Shown: piece by piece, positions 1 through 15,305 of the stretch
Numbering within the stretch: the first letter of the stretch is position 1
How the letters are laid out: each line of letters begins with the position of its first letter
Assembly: GCA_964571965.1 (NCBI GenBank)
Contig: CAZNFQ010000002.1
Span: forward strand, 2,363 to 66,362
DNA length: 64,000 nt
Source of the DNA: an uncultured bacterium
Lineage (GTDB): Bacteria > Fermentibacterota > Fermentibacteria > Fermentibacterales > JCC-6
Direction: 5' to 3'
Notes under the pieces: model-generated
The model's database searches: none
What the model was told of the DNA's origin: nothing
Seen by the model: only the letters and a program-made list of their open reading frames with translations
Position numbers and translations under genes: made by a program

Positions 1-347
1 AGTTTTTCGTGGTCAAGGCCCGGAACGTTAATTCCCCTGGTGATCCAGTCGCCGGCCTGTTCCCTGACCTTGTCAAGCGGTCTCTGAATCCCGTCATAGA
101 TGGCTTTCATAAGCCCGGGGCCCAGTTCTACTGAGAGGGGGCTTCCCGTAAGGTAAACCGGGTCACCGGGTTTGAGACCTCCGGTTTCCTCGTAAACCTG
201 AATGGAAGCCTTGTCTCCCTTCAACTCGATGATTTCGCCAAGAAGCCTGAAGTCGGAAACGAAGACAACGTCGAACATCTTCGCTCCCTTCATACCGGTA
301 GCTACAACCAGCGGCCCGGCAATCTTGTCTATACTGCCCTTTAACAT
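1..347 (-). CDS. atpA: V-type ATP synthase catalytic subunit A, N-terminal part (gene continues past the left window edge)
   Basis: Reverse-complement of 1..347 translates [35 protein letters not shown]..., the conserved A-subunit N-terminus. GGAGG RBS 5-9 nt upstream. Not in ORF track because it runs off the edge. Confidence 0.85.
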   Translation of the reverse strand, partial: MLKGSIDKIAGPLVVATGMKGAKMFDVVFVSDFRLLGEIIELKGDKASIQVYEETGGLKPGDPVYLTGSPLSVELGPGLMKAIYDGIQRPLDKVREQAGDWITRGINVPGLDHEK

Positions 348-360
348 TGCTTCCTCCGAC

Positions 361-693
361 TCACTGTTCATCCTCCGCCATGAGGTCTACCCCCACGGCC
401 CTGATGATCAGGTTCCTTATGGTATCCTCGCCTGTGTGTTTCGACCCGGAAACCCCCGGAAGGACCACAATGGCCGGAACCGGAAGGCTTACTACCTGAT
501 CTATCTCACTCTGGAGGTGATTCAGCATATCCTCGGTGATCATTATTACTGCTACTTTTTCTTTTACGAGTTTCCTGAATATCTGAGCGGCTTCCGTTGC
601 GGATTCCGGTGTATAGGTTTCAACTCCAAGTGCCCTGAAACCCAGAACCGAATCCGCATCACCGATGAAGGCCGTTCTGCCCTTGTCTGCCAT
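361..693 (-). CDS. atpF: V-type ATP synthase subunit F
   Basis: 110-aa [30 protein letters not shown]..., typical subunit F (AtpF/NtpG) fold and size; sits between C and A as in atpHIKECFAB operons. Confidence 0.8.
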   Translation of the reverse strand: MADKGRTAFIGDADSVLGFRALGVETYTPESATEAAQIFRKLVKEKVAVIMITEDMLNHLQSEIDQVVSLPVPAIVVLPGVSGSKHTGEDTIRNLIIRAVGVDLMAEDEQ

Positions 694-700
694 GCTTCTC

Positions 701-1675
701 CTATCCTCTGGGAACCCGGGCCTTGAGACGCCTGGGGTCTATACCGGCTGTTTTACCGGCGGTTACGAGTTTAAGATGAGAAACTTCAAGCTCCCGGTGA
801 AGAACGTAGGCGGCAAGGGGCCCGGGGCTGAACATTTCCGTAGAGGCCCTCTCCAGAATTTCCAGAATCATTGTGTCCGATTCCCTCTGGTAACCAAGGA
901 AAGAACCGGTTTCAATTCCCTCCTCAAGGGTAATTGCAGCCGCTTCAAAACCGTTTTTCTCTCCCAGAACGGAAGACAATTTCCTTGACCTGTATGCTTC
1001 GGCAACTTCCGCAGGAGTGTGATATCCACCTTTAAGCAAAACCGCTTCAATCCCGGACTGGGTCATGCTGTCTTCCCTGCATCTTGCTGCCGTAAGAAAG
1101 TTCCTGAGTTCTATCTTAACGGCAGGAAGGCTTTTCAGTGGTTCCGGAAGTTTACCCAAATTATCGGATTCCACTGCGGCCGCAAGTCTGTCCAGAACGG
1201 TATCAAGCTCTGCTGCTTGGGGTTTTACAAGTTCCTGAAGCTCTTCCAGGCAGAGTCTGAAAGACCCGGGAAGGCTGTCCGCCTCTTCGGCATCGTTCCA
1301 TGCCCTGAGAAGGCTGTCCACTGGTATGGTTCCCGGCGGTTCTGTTTCAACGTTACCCTCTCCTCCGGAGGCGAGGTTTTTCCACAGGTACCTGGCATTC
1401 CGCACATCGCGCCTTAAAAGGATGCCCCTGGTAAAGGTTTCGTCTCCGGAAAGCTCCCTGAGTTCTTCTTCGGCTTTCGATACTGCAACATGAAGTGCCT
1501 TTTCCAGACCTGCATCTCCCTGCATCAGGATTCCGTACCATGTTTCTCCCAGAATTCTGAGTACATCGTCCCTGTCTTCGGCAGAGAGGAGCTGGTGCCA
1601 GAGCCTGCCTGAAAGAAGAGTGTCCTCCAGGCCACTTACCCTGCCGCTTGCGTATGCGTAAGAACTGCCTGACAC
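701..1675 (-). CDS. atpC: V-type ATP synthase subunit C
   Basis: 324-aa alpha-helical protein in the operon position of subunit C (after E, before F); size fits. Confidence 0.7.
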   Translation of the reverse strand: MSGSSYAYASGRVSGLEDTLLSGRLWHQLLSAEDRDDVLRILGETWYGILMQGDAGLEKALHVAVSKAEEELRELSGDETFTRGILLRRDVRNARYLWKNLASGGEGNVETEPPGTIPVDSLLRAWNDAEEADSLPGSFRLCLEELQELVKPQAAELDTVLDRLAAAVESDNLGKLPEPLKSLPAVKIELRNFLTAARCREDSMTQSGIEAVLLKGGYHTPAEVAEAYRSRKLSSVLGEKNGFEAAAITLEEGIETGSFLGYQRESDTMILEILERASTEMFSPGPLAAYVLHRELEVSHLKLVTAGKTAGIDPRRLKARVPRG

Positions 1676-1677
1676 TT

Positions 1678-2265
1678 CTAATCCACCTGTCCCTCCAGCG
1701 GCAGAAGCCGCGAAAGCTCCATGACCATGGAGTCATGGTTGAGCTCGGCGATCATTGAGAGGGTTGCATTCAGGCTGATGTCTCCGGCCTGCATGATGAT
1801 TCCGCCGTGATCATTGTGATTCTCTTCAGAGAGAACAAAGGTGGTTACTTCGGTAGATTCCTTTTTCAGGAAGTCTGCTGTTATACGGCCGCTGTCATTT
1901 GCAGCGGTGATTACTTTTACCTCTCCCTTGAGGTCGCACCCTCCGAGAAGGGCCTTGATCATTTCCAGGTAGTCCGGGGCCTGGGCAATTTCTTTCACTG
2001 CCTCGATGATGGCCCTGTCAACTATGTGTCTCCTGTGGCTGAGAAGGGCCTTTTCCATTTCCCTGTGGATGTGGTGTTTCATCCGATGGGCCCTGGCTTC
2101 GGTTTTCTTCTTTATCCTCTCCACATCTTTGTGGTGTCTGTCCTTGATACGGGACTTAACCTGATGCAGAGCTTCACTTCTCTCTTCCTCAGCTGCCTGA
2201 ATGATCCTGCCGGCCTTCTCCTGGGCGTCTTTCTCTATTTTCGCCAGTATGGCCTCTAATGACAT
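1678..2265 (-). CDS. atpE: V-type ATP synthase subunit E
   Basis: 195 aa, N-terminal charged coiled coil (AILAKIEKDAQEKAGRIIQAAEEE...) then globular C-terminus, typical of the E stalk subunit. Confidence 0.8.
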   Translation of the reverse strand: MSLEAILAKIEKDAQEKAGRIIQAAEEERSEALHQVKSRIKDRHHKDVERIKKKTEARAHRMKHHIHREMEKALLSHRRHIVDRAIIEAVKEIAQAPDYLEMIKALLGGCDLKGEVKVITAANDSGRITADFLKKESTEVTTFVLSEENHNDHGGIIMQAGDISLNATLSMIAELNHDSMVMELSRLLPLEGQVD

Positions 2266-2276
2266 GCCCTGCCCCG

Positions 2277-2732
2277 CTATCCGATCTGGCCGAGCATGAG
2301 GAACGATACCAGGAAGCCGAGGATGGCGTAGAACTCCACGAAGACTGCGAGAATAAGAGCCTTTGCGCTGTCATCGGGCTGCTTTGCTGTCATCATTGCT
2401 CCACCTGCGCAAACCTTGCCCTGGTGAATTCCTGACATAAGACCCGCCAGGGCAATTGGAAGCCCTGCAGCGAATATCTTCCAGGCTATCATCATTGTAA
2501 GATCACCCGCTGCTGCAATTTTCCCCAGGAGCAGGAAGGCGATAACGAAACCGTAGATTCCCTGGGTACCCGGCAAAGCCGAAAGAAGAAGCAGTTTTCC
2601 GAACTTCTTGGGATCTACACTCATTACTCCGGTGCTGGCCTGGGCTGCAATTCCAACCCCTACCGCGCTCCCGATTCCAGCCAGTGCGCAGGCAAGAGCC
2701 ACGCCCAGATAGGCTACCAGATATACACTCAC
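2277..2732 (-). CDS. atpK: V-type ATP synthase proteolipid subunit K (c-ring)
   Basis: 151-aa, four-TM, Gly/Ala-rich proteolipid (GIGSAVGVGIAAQA... and a second hairpin). Confidence 0.85.
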   Translation of the reverse strand: MSVYLVAYLGVALACALAGIGSAVGVGIAAQASTGVMSVDPKKFGKLLLLSALPGTQGIYGFVIAFLLLGKIAAAGDLTMMIAWKIFAAGLPIALAGLMSGIHQGKVCAGGAMMTAKQPDDSAKALILAVFVEFYAILGFLVSFLMLGQIG

Positions 2733-2757
2733 TTCATCTCCTCCTTGTGTTGGTTAT

Positions 2758-4722
2758 CTATCTTTCTATCCTTACGTACTTTGGTTCATAGCGAAGGGGT
2801 GTGAACGGCATCCCCGTGCCGTCATAGAACTTTCCGAAAAACTCAACGAACTGCAGACGAGCTGTGTGGATGAATCCGCTGAGTACCGCCATGGCAAGGT
2901 TGAACAGATGTCCAGCGGCCAGAACGAGAACCGCCAGCAGTATACCCACCACTGGTACGGAACCCCGGAGCATTCCTGCAATGTCGTTTATCACAGAGGC
3001 GATTATTGCACTGGAAAGGGCCAGGGCAAAAAGCCTTGAATAACTTAGGACGTCTCCCAGAAGATTCACTATTCCGTAGCAGGCGTATGCCCCGAGACCA
3101 ACTTTGCCGCCAATGTTGCCAGCTTCCCTTCCCCCCATGATGAAGATGAGAAGAGCACCGGCACCGAGCATGCCTATGAGAATCGAATCAACTATTCCCG
3201 TGTTGTCGTAGATGTTGAACAGATAGTGATCGAAAAGCCATGGAAACAGCCCGAGAAGCGAGAGCATCCAGCCTGTCTGATCCACAAATGCCGCGAATCC
3301 CTCTCCCTGCCTGAGACGCTTCTTAAGATTCACCACAACTCCCCAGGCCAGCTGTATAACTCCGAAGACCAGGGTGAGATAGAGGAACTGGTTTGAAAGA
3401 GAGAACGTTTCCCCTGAAGGAACCAGTCGATTCAGGGGTTCCGCTGCAGCTTGAAGGAGACCCGGAAGCCTGTCATACGCCATTCCGAACCAGCCTCCCA
3501 GAATGATACCCCAGAATATGCTTGCAAGCCCTCCCTGAAAAAGCAGCCTGAAAAGTCTTGAGTTGCCTTGTCTTTTCTCTGTGAAGTACCAGCCTGCAGC
3601 TGCTCCCGCGGCAAGGGCCAGACCGTAACCCGCATCACCGATACATATGCCGAAGAACATTGCGTAGAAGGGCGCCATGTGTGGAGTTGGGTCCGGGTCG
3701 GCTCCCTGGGGACGCCCGTACATATCGGTGAGCATCAGGTAGGGGTCGGCGGTGGCATTTTCCGAGAGGTGAACCGGCGGGGTTTCTCCCTCCAGGGGTT
3801 CAATCTCTGTAAGTTCCACCTCTCCGAGTTTCTCCAGTGCCGCTCTGAGACCGGACACATCCGATTCCCTTATCCAGGCATGAAGCAGAACTGCCTTCGA
3901 GCTGCTTCTTCCGGCGGCGGCGGCACTGCTTTTGAAACCGGCAAGCCCCACTGCATCTGAAAGGGCTTCAAAGCGGGGAAGCTCTTCCAGCAGTTCATCG
4001 ATCTCTTCCTTTAGGTCTTTTTTTCTGTTCAGATTTTCGTTCAGTGCTGTTTCCAGCTTTTCCAGCTCTTCCGCGGGATCCATTTGATAACCTGAGAAGT
4101 CCTCCGCGGCAAAACCTGATTCAGTAAGAGCATTAAGTACATCGGTTTCAACATCGGTATGCCACATGGTAAGGGCTCTGGTATCGGAAAGTTTCACGTA
4201 ATGAAACAGCGGATATTCCTTCTGTATCTCTTCAAGGGAATTAAACCCCTCGCCGGGGGAAACAACCCCCGCTCTGAAACTGTAGAGGCCGTCTCTGTTG
4301 ATCTGATCGAATTCCACGGGGAGATCCTGCCACTGTTTCAGGAATTCCATTCTTCTCTTCGTCTCCTGGGAAGCCGCTTCCAGTTCAGCCAGTTCATCGG
4401 CAATGGAGGCGGTTCTCACAGCTGATTTTTTCAATTCTTCGTCTTCAAGCACTTCCCTGAGCTCTTCCACTGTAAAAACAGCTTCGGGTCCCTTCTTCCT
4501 GCCTGCAGAATTTCTGAGAAATGGAATTGCCCTTGCGAGACATGAGCTCAGCTTTGCCAGTTCCGGGTCTTCCGCTCCGGAAAGCGGAGCAAGCGGACTG
4601 TCTTCCACTCCGGAAATATCCAGCAGGTGGATCCTGCCGGTGTCTTCCATAACGGAAAGAACTTCATCCTTTCTTATGGAGTGGCAAAGTATCTCGGTCT
4701 TGACCACCCGATCCCTTGCCAT
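2758..4722 (-). CDS. atpI: V-type ATP synthase subunit I (a-subunit)
   Basis: 654 aa with a hydrophilic coiled-coil N-terminal half and a polytopic C-terminal membrane half; operon position between H and K. Confidence 0.85.
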   Translation of the reverse strand: MARDRVVKTEILCHSIRKDEVLSVMEDTGRIHLLDISGVEDSPLAPLSGAEDPELAKLSSCLARAIPFLRNSAGRKKGPEAVFTVEELREVLEDEELKKSAVRTASIADELAELEAASQETKRRMEFLKQWQDLPVEFDQINRDGLYSFRAGVVSPGEGFNSLEEIQKEYPLFHYVKLSDTRALTMWHTDVETDVLNALTESGFAAEDFSGYQMDPAEELEKLETALNENLNRKKDLKEEIDELLEELPRFEALSDAVGLAGFKSSAAAAGRSSSKAVLLHAWIRESDVSGLRAALEKLGEVELTEIEPLEGETPPVHLSENATADPYLMLTDMYGRPQGADPDPTPHMAPFYAMFFGICIGDAGYGLALAAGAAAGWYFTEKRQGNSRLFRLLFQGGLASIFWGIILGGWFGMAYDRLPGLLQAAAEPLNRLVPSGETFSLSNQFLYLTLVFGVIQLAWGVVVNLKKRLRQGEGFAAFVDQTGWMLSLLGLFPWLFDHYLFNIYDNTGIVDSILIGMLGAGALLIFIMGGREAGNIGGKVGLGAYACYGIVNLLGDVLSYSRLFALALSSAIIASVINDIAGMLRGSVPVVGILLAVLVLAAGHLFNLAMAVLSGFIHTARLQFVEFFGKFYDGTGMPFTPLRYEPKYVRIER

Positions 4723-5069
4723 CAGGTCCTCTCGCCTTCAACCGCTTTGCGGATAAGTTCCAGGGCTCTGGGGGCCAGCACCGTGGAAGCATCTTCCAGT
4801 CTTTTCTTACGCTCACTGAGGGTGCCCTCGAGACTGCTCTTTAACTCCTCGAGTTCCTCCTGAACCGTTTCCAGACCTTTTTTCTCGTACTTTGCCAGTT
4901 CCGTTTCATACTCTTCTTCGATAGCTGAGATCTCGCCGGGAACTGCGGTCCTGATTCCGCGGGCTCTGCGTTCCGCTTCCTCGACCGTTTCCAGTGCAGA
5001 TTTTTCAGCGGAGAGTAGGTTGTCAAGTCTGCTGCTCAATCGGTTCACCATCCTTTCCATGTTCACCAT
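4722..5069 (-). CDS. atpH: V-type ATPase subunit H-like small coiled-coil protein (start codon uncertain)
   Basis: 115-aa highly charged coiled-coil ORF immediately upstream of atpI, overlapping it by 1 nt. Matches the small first gene of atpHIKECFABD operons. Confidence 0.5.
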   Translation of the reverse strand: MVNMERMVNRLSSRLDNLLSAEKSALETVEEAERRARGIRTAVPGEISAIEEEYETELAKYEKKGLETVQEELEELKSSLEGTLSERKKRLEDASTVLAPRALELIRKAVEGERT

Positions 5070-5223
5070 GGAAGACTTGATGAGTGTCCGGGGAACTACA
5101 GGCAGTTGTGGATATCACCCCAGAAATCACTCGAAGTACGCCAATTATTTTATTACAGCACATTACATTACGGGGTTCTCCACAGGAAGAGGAAGTTTTC
5201 AACAAAGCCCGAATGTTGTGTTC

Positions 5224-5586
5224 TTACTTCTGTTTAGGTTTTCCCTCCACGGAACTCATACTGCAGTGTCCTTCAAAGAAAACACCCTCCTCTATGATCA
5301 GGGATTTCGTGATGATGTCTCCCTCTATTCTTGATCCATTCTGCAGTTCAAGCTGTTTATCGGCTCTGATCGTTCCGTTGATGGTCCCTCCGATTACTGC
5401 GTGATTTACGATCACGTCTCCCTTTATGCGGCCTTCATGGCCTACGGTAAGGGTTCCGGAAACCTTGACCTGCCCGTCAACGAAGCCGTCAACCCTTAAA
5501 CCTCCGTTGATTTCAAGGGATCCGGTAATCGTGCTTCCGCCGCCAACCGTGGAATTGATCGAGTTGTATGAATCTTCCTTGGCCAT
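5224..5586 (-). CDS. bactofilin family cytoskeletal protein
   Basis: 120 aa made of short repeats rich in G, V and T (GSLEINGGLRVDGFVDGQVKVSGTLTVGHEGRIKGDVIVNHAVIGGTINGTI), typical bactofilin (DUF583) beta-helix. Confidence 0.75.
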   Translation of the reverse strand: MAKEDSYNSINSTVGGGSTITGSLEINGGLRVDGFVDGQVKVSGTLTVGHEGRIKGDVIVNHAVIGGTINGTIRADKQLELQNGSRIEGDIITKSLIIEEGVFFEGHCSMSSVEGKPKQK

Positions 5587-5597
5587 AATACTTCCTT

Positions 5598-6011
5598 CTA
5601 TTCCGGTTCATCCTCTGGAGAACCTGCAGTTGCAAGGTTCTCGATGACAAGCCTTGTTTCTCTAATTGATTCAAGTTCATTCTCTATGGCATCCAGTCTC
5701 TGATTCATCTCAACTGCATTCCTCAGTGAGTCGGAGAGAGCCTGATTGCGCTGACTCAGTTCTGAATTTCTGGACAGCTCTTCTGCTCCCATAACTAGAA
5801 TTACAACAGCTGAGGCCACTGCCAACAGGGAAAGAACCATTAACAGTCTAAAGGTTATCAGTCTGCCGCCAGTTACTATCCATTGACGCCGGGTTCTATT
5901 GGCGTCGTGCGGTATTATATTGACTGTAAAGCTTTTATCTCTTCCGGCCATTCTACTCCAAGCTGTGTGTCCGGCAACCGCTAACCTAAAACTGTGCCAA
6001 TCCACGGTCAA
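5598..6011 (-). CDS. hypothetical membrane-anchored coiled-coil protein (FtsB/DivIC-like topology); true start probably internal
   Basis: One TM helix (LLMVLSLLAVASAVVILVM) followed by a coiled coil; directly upstream of bactofilin on the same strand. Confidence 0.4.
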   Translation of the reverse strand: MTVDWHSFRLAVAGHTAWSRMAGRDKSFTVNIIPHDANRTRRQWIVTGGRLITFRLLMVLSLLAVASAVVILVMGAEELSRNSELSQRNQALSDSLRNAVEMNQRLDAIENELESIRETRLVIENLATAGSPEDEPE

Positions 6012-6032
6012 ACCTGCCTTGACGCCCCGGGA

Positions 6033-7004
6033 TCAGAGATCCTCCAGCAGTTTCGCTATCTGATCTCTGTTCATTCCGGAACCTATACAGGCCATGAGCA
6101 TGATCCGCATCTTGTTCCCCGCCATGTCTCCTGCAGAAAGCACCCCTTTGTTCAGAAGACCAAGTCCTCCACCGGGGTAGGCATAAACCCCAAGCACCCT
6201 TCCCTTGTAGCATCTGCTGGACATGGCCACAGTAACGGAGGCCTTGACAGCCCGTTCCATGGCTTCAGCGGTCCTGGGATGCACATTGCCCCTGCCGAAG
6301 GCTTCTACTACTATTCCAGCGTATCCTGATTCAACCATATAGTCAATGAGATCATGCCCGAATCCTGCGGCGGTTCTCACCAGACCCACACGGGTGTCCA
6401 GCTTCAGAGGTCCTTCGGGAAGGTTAAGCCTCCAGATGGGAAGTCTGTGATATATCACCTTGTCATCATCCACGAAACCAAGGGGTCCGTATCCCGGAGA
6501 GCTGAAACTGCTTACATTGGAAGTACAGGTTTTCGTTACTCTGCCTGCAGCATGTATTTCATCGTTGAGAACCACTGTAACACCAAGGTTCTTGGTTTCC
6601 GTGCAGGCCACTCTCACCGCATTCCTGATGTTCCTGGGACCATCAACTCCCAGCTCGCTGCTGCTCCTCATTGCCGCGGTAAATACCACGGGAAGAGTTC
6701 CTTCCAGGTGCAGGTCTGCCATGAAGGCGGTTTCCTCCAGGGTGTCGGTTCCGTGGGTAACCACGATGCCATGGTATTCTCCTGACAGTTCCCAGGACCG
6801 GAGAAGTCTTGCTATGTCCGCCATTATCTCCGGTGTTATGTGGGGACTTGGAAGGTTGGCGAACCTTTCAACGGTTATATCCGCGTTCTCAATTTTGTCC
6901 AGAATTTTGATATCCATTCCGGACACCGGTCCTATGGTAATTCCGCCTTCTCCCGGAAGCATTTCGATGGTACCGCCGGTGGAAAGCACTAGAATTTTTT
7001 TCAT
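6033..7004 (-). CDS. L-asparaginase (type I family)
   Basis: LSTGGTIEM threonine motif at the N-terminus and a VTHGTDTLEETA motif; 323 aa. Confidence 0.8.
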   Translation of the reverse strand: MKKILVLSTGGTIEMLPGEGGITIGPVSGMDIKILDKIENADITVERFANLPSPHITPEIMADIARLLRSWELSGEYHGIVVTHGTDTLEETAFMADLHLEGTLPVVFTAAMRSSSELGVDGPRNIRNAVRVACTETKNLGVTVVLNDEIHAAGRVTKTCTSNVSSFSSPGYGPLGFVDDDKVIYHRLPIWRLNLPEGPLKLDTRVGLVRTAAGFGHDLIDYMVESGYAGIVVEAFGRGNVHPRTAEAMERAVKASVTVAMSSRCYKGRVLGVYAYPGGGLGLLNKGVLSAGDMAGNKMRIMLMACIGSGMNRDQIAKLLEDL

Positions 7005-7005
7005 T

Positions 7006-10000
7006 TCAGCCTCCGGTAGACTTCAGCGTGCGGTTTTTCAGGTACTCCTTCAGTTCGGCTGGTTTATCGGTCATCGGAAGAGCTTCCACGACGAATCCTT
7101 CATCGGCTCCATGTATATCGAGAAGTCTCATGAGTTCCGAATCGGAACCCGCTGCCTGGAGGAGGGTCTGGCTTTCTTCCAGCATCTTCAGAAGCCCTTC
7201 CCTTGCGGGATCCACCGTCCACCGGAGAATGATCGCCACAGAATCCGCATTGTCCCTGTACTTTCTTCTCATGTCGGCGCTTATCTCTCCGGCCTCCTGG
7301 GCAGACACTATACCGCTGCCGTATCTAACCCTTCTGAAGACGTCTTTAACAAAGTCCACCGCTTCGGTGATCTCTTCCACCAGGCTCTGATTCCTGCCTC
7401 CGACTCCGCTGAAGATCCATGAATCCATCAGGGCTTCTGCAATTTTGGATCTTACAGGTTCGGATTCGATTTCCAGCAGGGAACTCTCCACGGAAATGAA
7501 GAAGTTCGAAAAACTGGTCATGAAAGATATTTTTCCGGTGACTGAGTCTTCCATGGACAGTCTTTCAACGAGAATGTCCATGAGAATTCTGCTCCTGCTC
7601 ATTCCCAGAATGAGCAAATCAAGCCTTTCAGCGGAGTTTCTTTTCCAGAGAGGCTGGAGGAAGCTCTTTTCCATGAGATCAAAGGGATCCTGGCCGCTGG
7701 ACTGGTTGTAGAAGCTCTGCTGAAGTGTGGAGAGGAAGTTTTCCGCATCGGTATAACCGAGAAACTCTATGGCCTGGGTTGCTGCTCTGGCAAGAGCCAT
7801 TGCCTTGCTGTCCGAGTTTCTGGATACGAGAACCATCTCAACGGCGCAGTTCAGCAATGGAGGAAGGGCCGCCTGTCTCCAGCCATGGTACAGATCCTGT
7901 TCCATGAACCCTTCCAGGCTCTCCAGATAATCGTATGTTTCCGCTGACGGGTAGCCTCCCGACCTGTGGGCCGCAAAAAGAGAAAAGGGTGCCACTCCCT
8001 GCGAACGGGAAATAAGCTGCTCCATCATTTTTCTGTCCCAGTTCAGGGACAAAGATGCTCCTCCGGATATTTTTGCAGCCATCAATTCCATGGAAAGATA
8101 CGCGGAAACGTTAAGAATAAGATCCTTGATGTCGGCTCCTGTGGTTCCAACGAGTGCCGATACCGCCCCGAAAAGCTTCATTCTGGTGTTCTCGAAGGCG
8201 GCCTTTCTTTCTACCCAGTCTTCCCGGCGTGATCCTGACCAGTTCTCGTCTATTTTCAGTGGCGGAGGAGTTTTCTGGGATAGCCACGAATCAAGTACGG
8301 TCACTCTGTCCTGCAGTATTTCCTGATCAAGCTTTTCCAGAAGGAATTCGGCGAATTCGCTGTCGCCGGTCATGCCTCCTATGCTTCTTGTTATTTCCTC
8401 GGCCAGACTGAAAAGAAATCCTTTGAGAGATGATATGTCCCTGCTGAATAGAGCGATACAGTCCGGAAGAAGGGAGCCGAAAAATATATTTGCCGTGGAA
8501 CCGGTTCCGGTGACACCCGAGTTTGCAGGTGCGCTGTCGCCGGGCATAAGCCTTTCTGCAAGCTCTCCTATTACATCACTGGAAACAACTTCCAGGGCCT
8601 GTGAGTAATTGACGAAAACCCTCAGGAGATTGGATACCCCGGTAGTCAGAAACGCTGAAAAAAGCCTGTCGGCTCCTTCTTCCCACACCGCAGTTCTGCT
8701 GAATCTGTCACATATCCTTCTTATTCCCTTTATCAGATCCTCAGAACGGTTGCCCTCGATGCCCGGTACGGCAAGGAGATCGGTTATTACCTTGTCAACC
8801 GCCTCAATTCGTCCACCTGCCCTGAGCACCTTCTGGAAAACCCTGTGTTCAGTCTCTCTGAGTTTTTCGATATCTCCTGCGGAGTTGTATCCGGATACAG
8901 CGAAGGCAAGACACTCCCTGAAAACGGGATCGTCGGGATGAACCTCCTGAAGAAGCCTGGTTACAACGTTTTCAAGGTATCGGCATCTTATGGTTACATC
9001 ATTTATCCTGCTGACGAAATCGATGATGGCTTCTTCCACTTCCACGGGAAATGACAGGATGACCTCAACCCACAGGGGGGCAAGCCCTGAAAGGGTTTTT
9101 TTCCTGTCGATCGCGGACAGGGCTTCTACAAGTTTGGCGGTGGGGGTTATTCTGGTAAGGTATTTTTGTGCCTGATCCGTCTCGGCTGCCCTTATGAGAA
9201 GGGAACTGGCGGAAAGAATGCTGCTGAGTGAAACTCCGCTGTGGAAAGCCGCCTTGTCCAGCTGAATCAGAGCAAGCCTTGCTTCCTGATGAGTCATTTC
9301 CACCAGAGATCTGTAAAAAGCCTTCAGTGCAGTTCGGTCGGTGGATATGCTCACAGGAAGAATTCCAGCCGCTATCTTGGAAAGCCTGATGGTATTGGAG
9401 GGAGACAGCCTGTTCTCCGGCTGTGTATCTTCCACGAGCCTTGCCAGAAAATCAACCACATCTCCGCTTATTTCCTCCCCTATAGCCTTGAGAAACCTCA
9501 CCAGCTTCCCAAGTGAAATCCCTCCAGGAACATTATTGAGGAATGAGACTATGGCCTCTCCCATTTTGCCGTGTTCGCTTCCGGCTACCCCGTGGGAGAC
9601 CGCCTCTATCACAAGATCCATCTCCAGCTGATCGTCAATATGGCCACGGAACTCCCGGCTGCTGTTAAGAGCCGCTTGAATTCTGCTTCTGCTGTTGGTG
9701 TTGAACAGCTCCATGACCTTATGGCTCCGTTCGAGAGCGTAAAACTCTTCCAGATTCTTTCTGGACTCTATTCCTCTGAGAATGCCTGCAAGGAATCTGA
9801 TGGAACTCACAGGAACAAGACCTCTGCTGAGCCTGCCGTGAACCAGATTTCCCCTTCTCTTAAGAAGATTCCAGATCTGATTGAAGTCAGATTCGTCCAG
9901 AAGCCATCCGGTTTCTATGGTAAAGTCAAGAAGAAGCCTGGAGAGTTCGTCATCTGTTTTTTCTTTGCCGATTCTGCTGAAAAATCTGTTAAGGGATCCC

Positions 10001-10574
10001 ACAAGGTCCATCCCTCCAGAGCTGATTCTGAGGCAGACGAATGCGAACCTGTCCGGAAATCTTGCCGCAACCTCCAGAGGAATGTTCACGTGGGTGGCGG
10101 AAGAGATACCGGTGGACCTGAGGGTTTTCAGCCAGCACCAGAGAATTTCCTCGAAGCTGAGACCGAATTTATCTCTGCTGTACCCCTGCAGAAGGGAGAA
10201 GAAGCCTGTAACCGCCGAGGGCATCACCGAGGATCTCAGTGTATGACAAATCCTGAACCATACTTCCGCTGTAATCTCGCTGTATTGATCAGGAATCATC
10301 AAACCGATGAGAAAGTTGTATATCTTTTCTGCTTCATTCCTGTCCATGATGGACATAAGTGAAGCCAGTGCAGGAACCGCACTGCCAAGCTGTCCGGCAA
10401 TTGCCAGCCGTTCAATGGAACCTTGAAGCCTGGGCACGGACTTCAGATCTATCCTTGACACATCAGGCATCACCGGAGGCGTAACCTCCGGGGGAGGTAC
10501 CGGTATGTTTCCAAGGTTCCTTACTGCAAGCCAAGCTCTTATCTGTTTGGCCAGAGTGTCTTTACCCTGAGGCA

Positions 10575-10575
<1 letters not shown>
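7006..10575 (-). CDS. large hypothetical protein (1189 aa, predicted all-alpha, cytoplasmic), no recognisable domain
   Basis: Uninterrupted 3.57-kb ORF, 1 nt from the gyrA stop and 2 nt from the asparaginase start. Leu/Ser/Arg-rich helical composition, no TM, no motif I can name. Confidence 0.6.
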
Positions 10576-15301
<4,726 letters not shown>

Positions 15302-15305
15302 CTTC

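Noticed and set aside
6460-7422. 320-aa plus-strand ORF overlapping the asparaginase gene and the start of the large orphan gene
   Set aside because: Antisense to the asparaginase gene, whose catalytic motifs are clear; Ser/Pro-rich junk composition.
9571-10362. 263-aa plus-strand ORF inside the 1189-aa gene
   Set aside because: Antisense shadow ORF. The minus-strand frame is uninterrupted for 3.5 kb, which cannot happen by chance at this GC.
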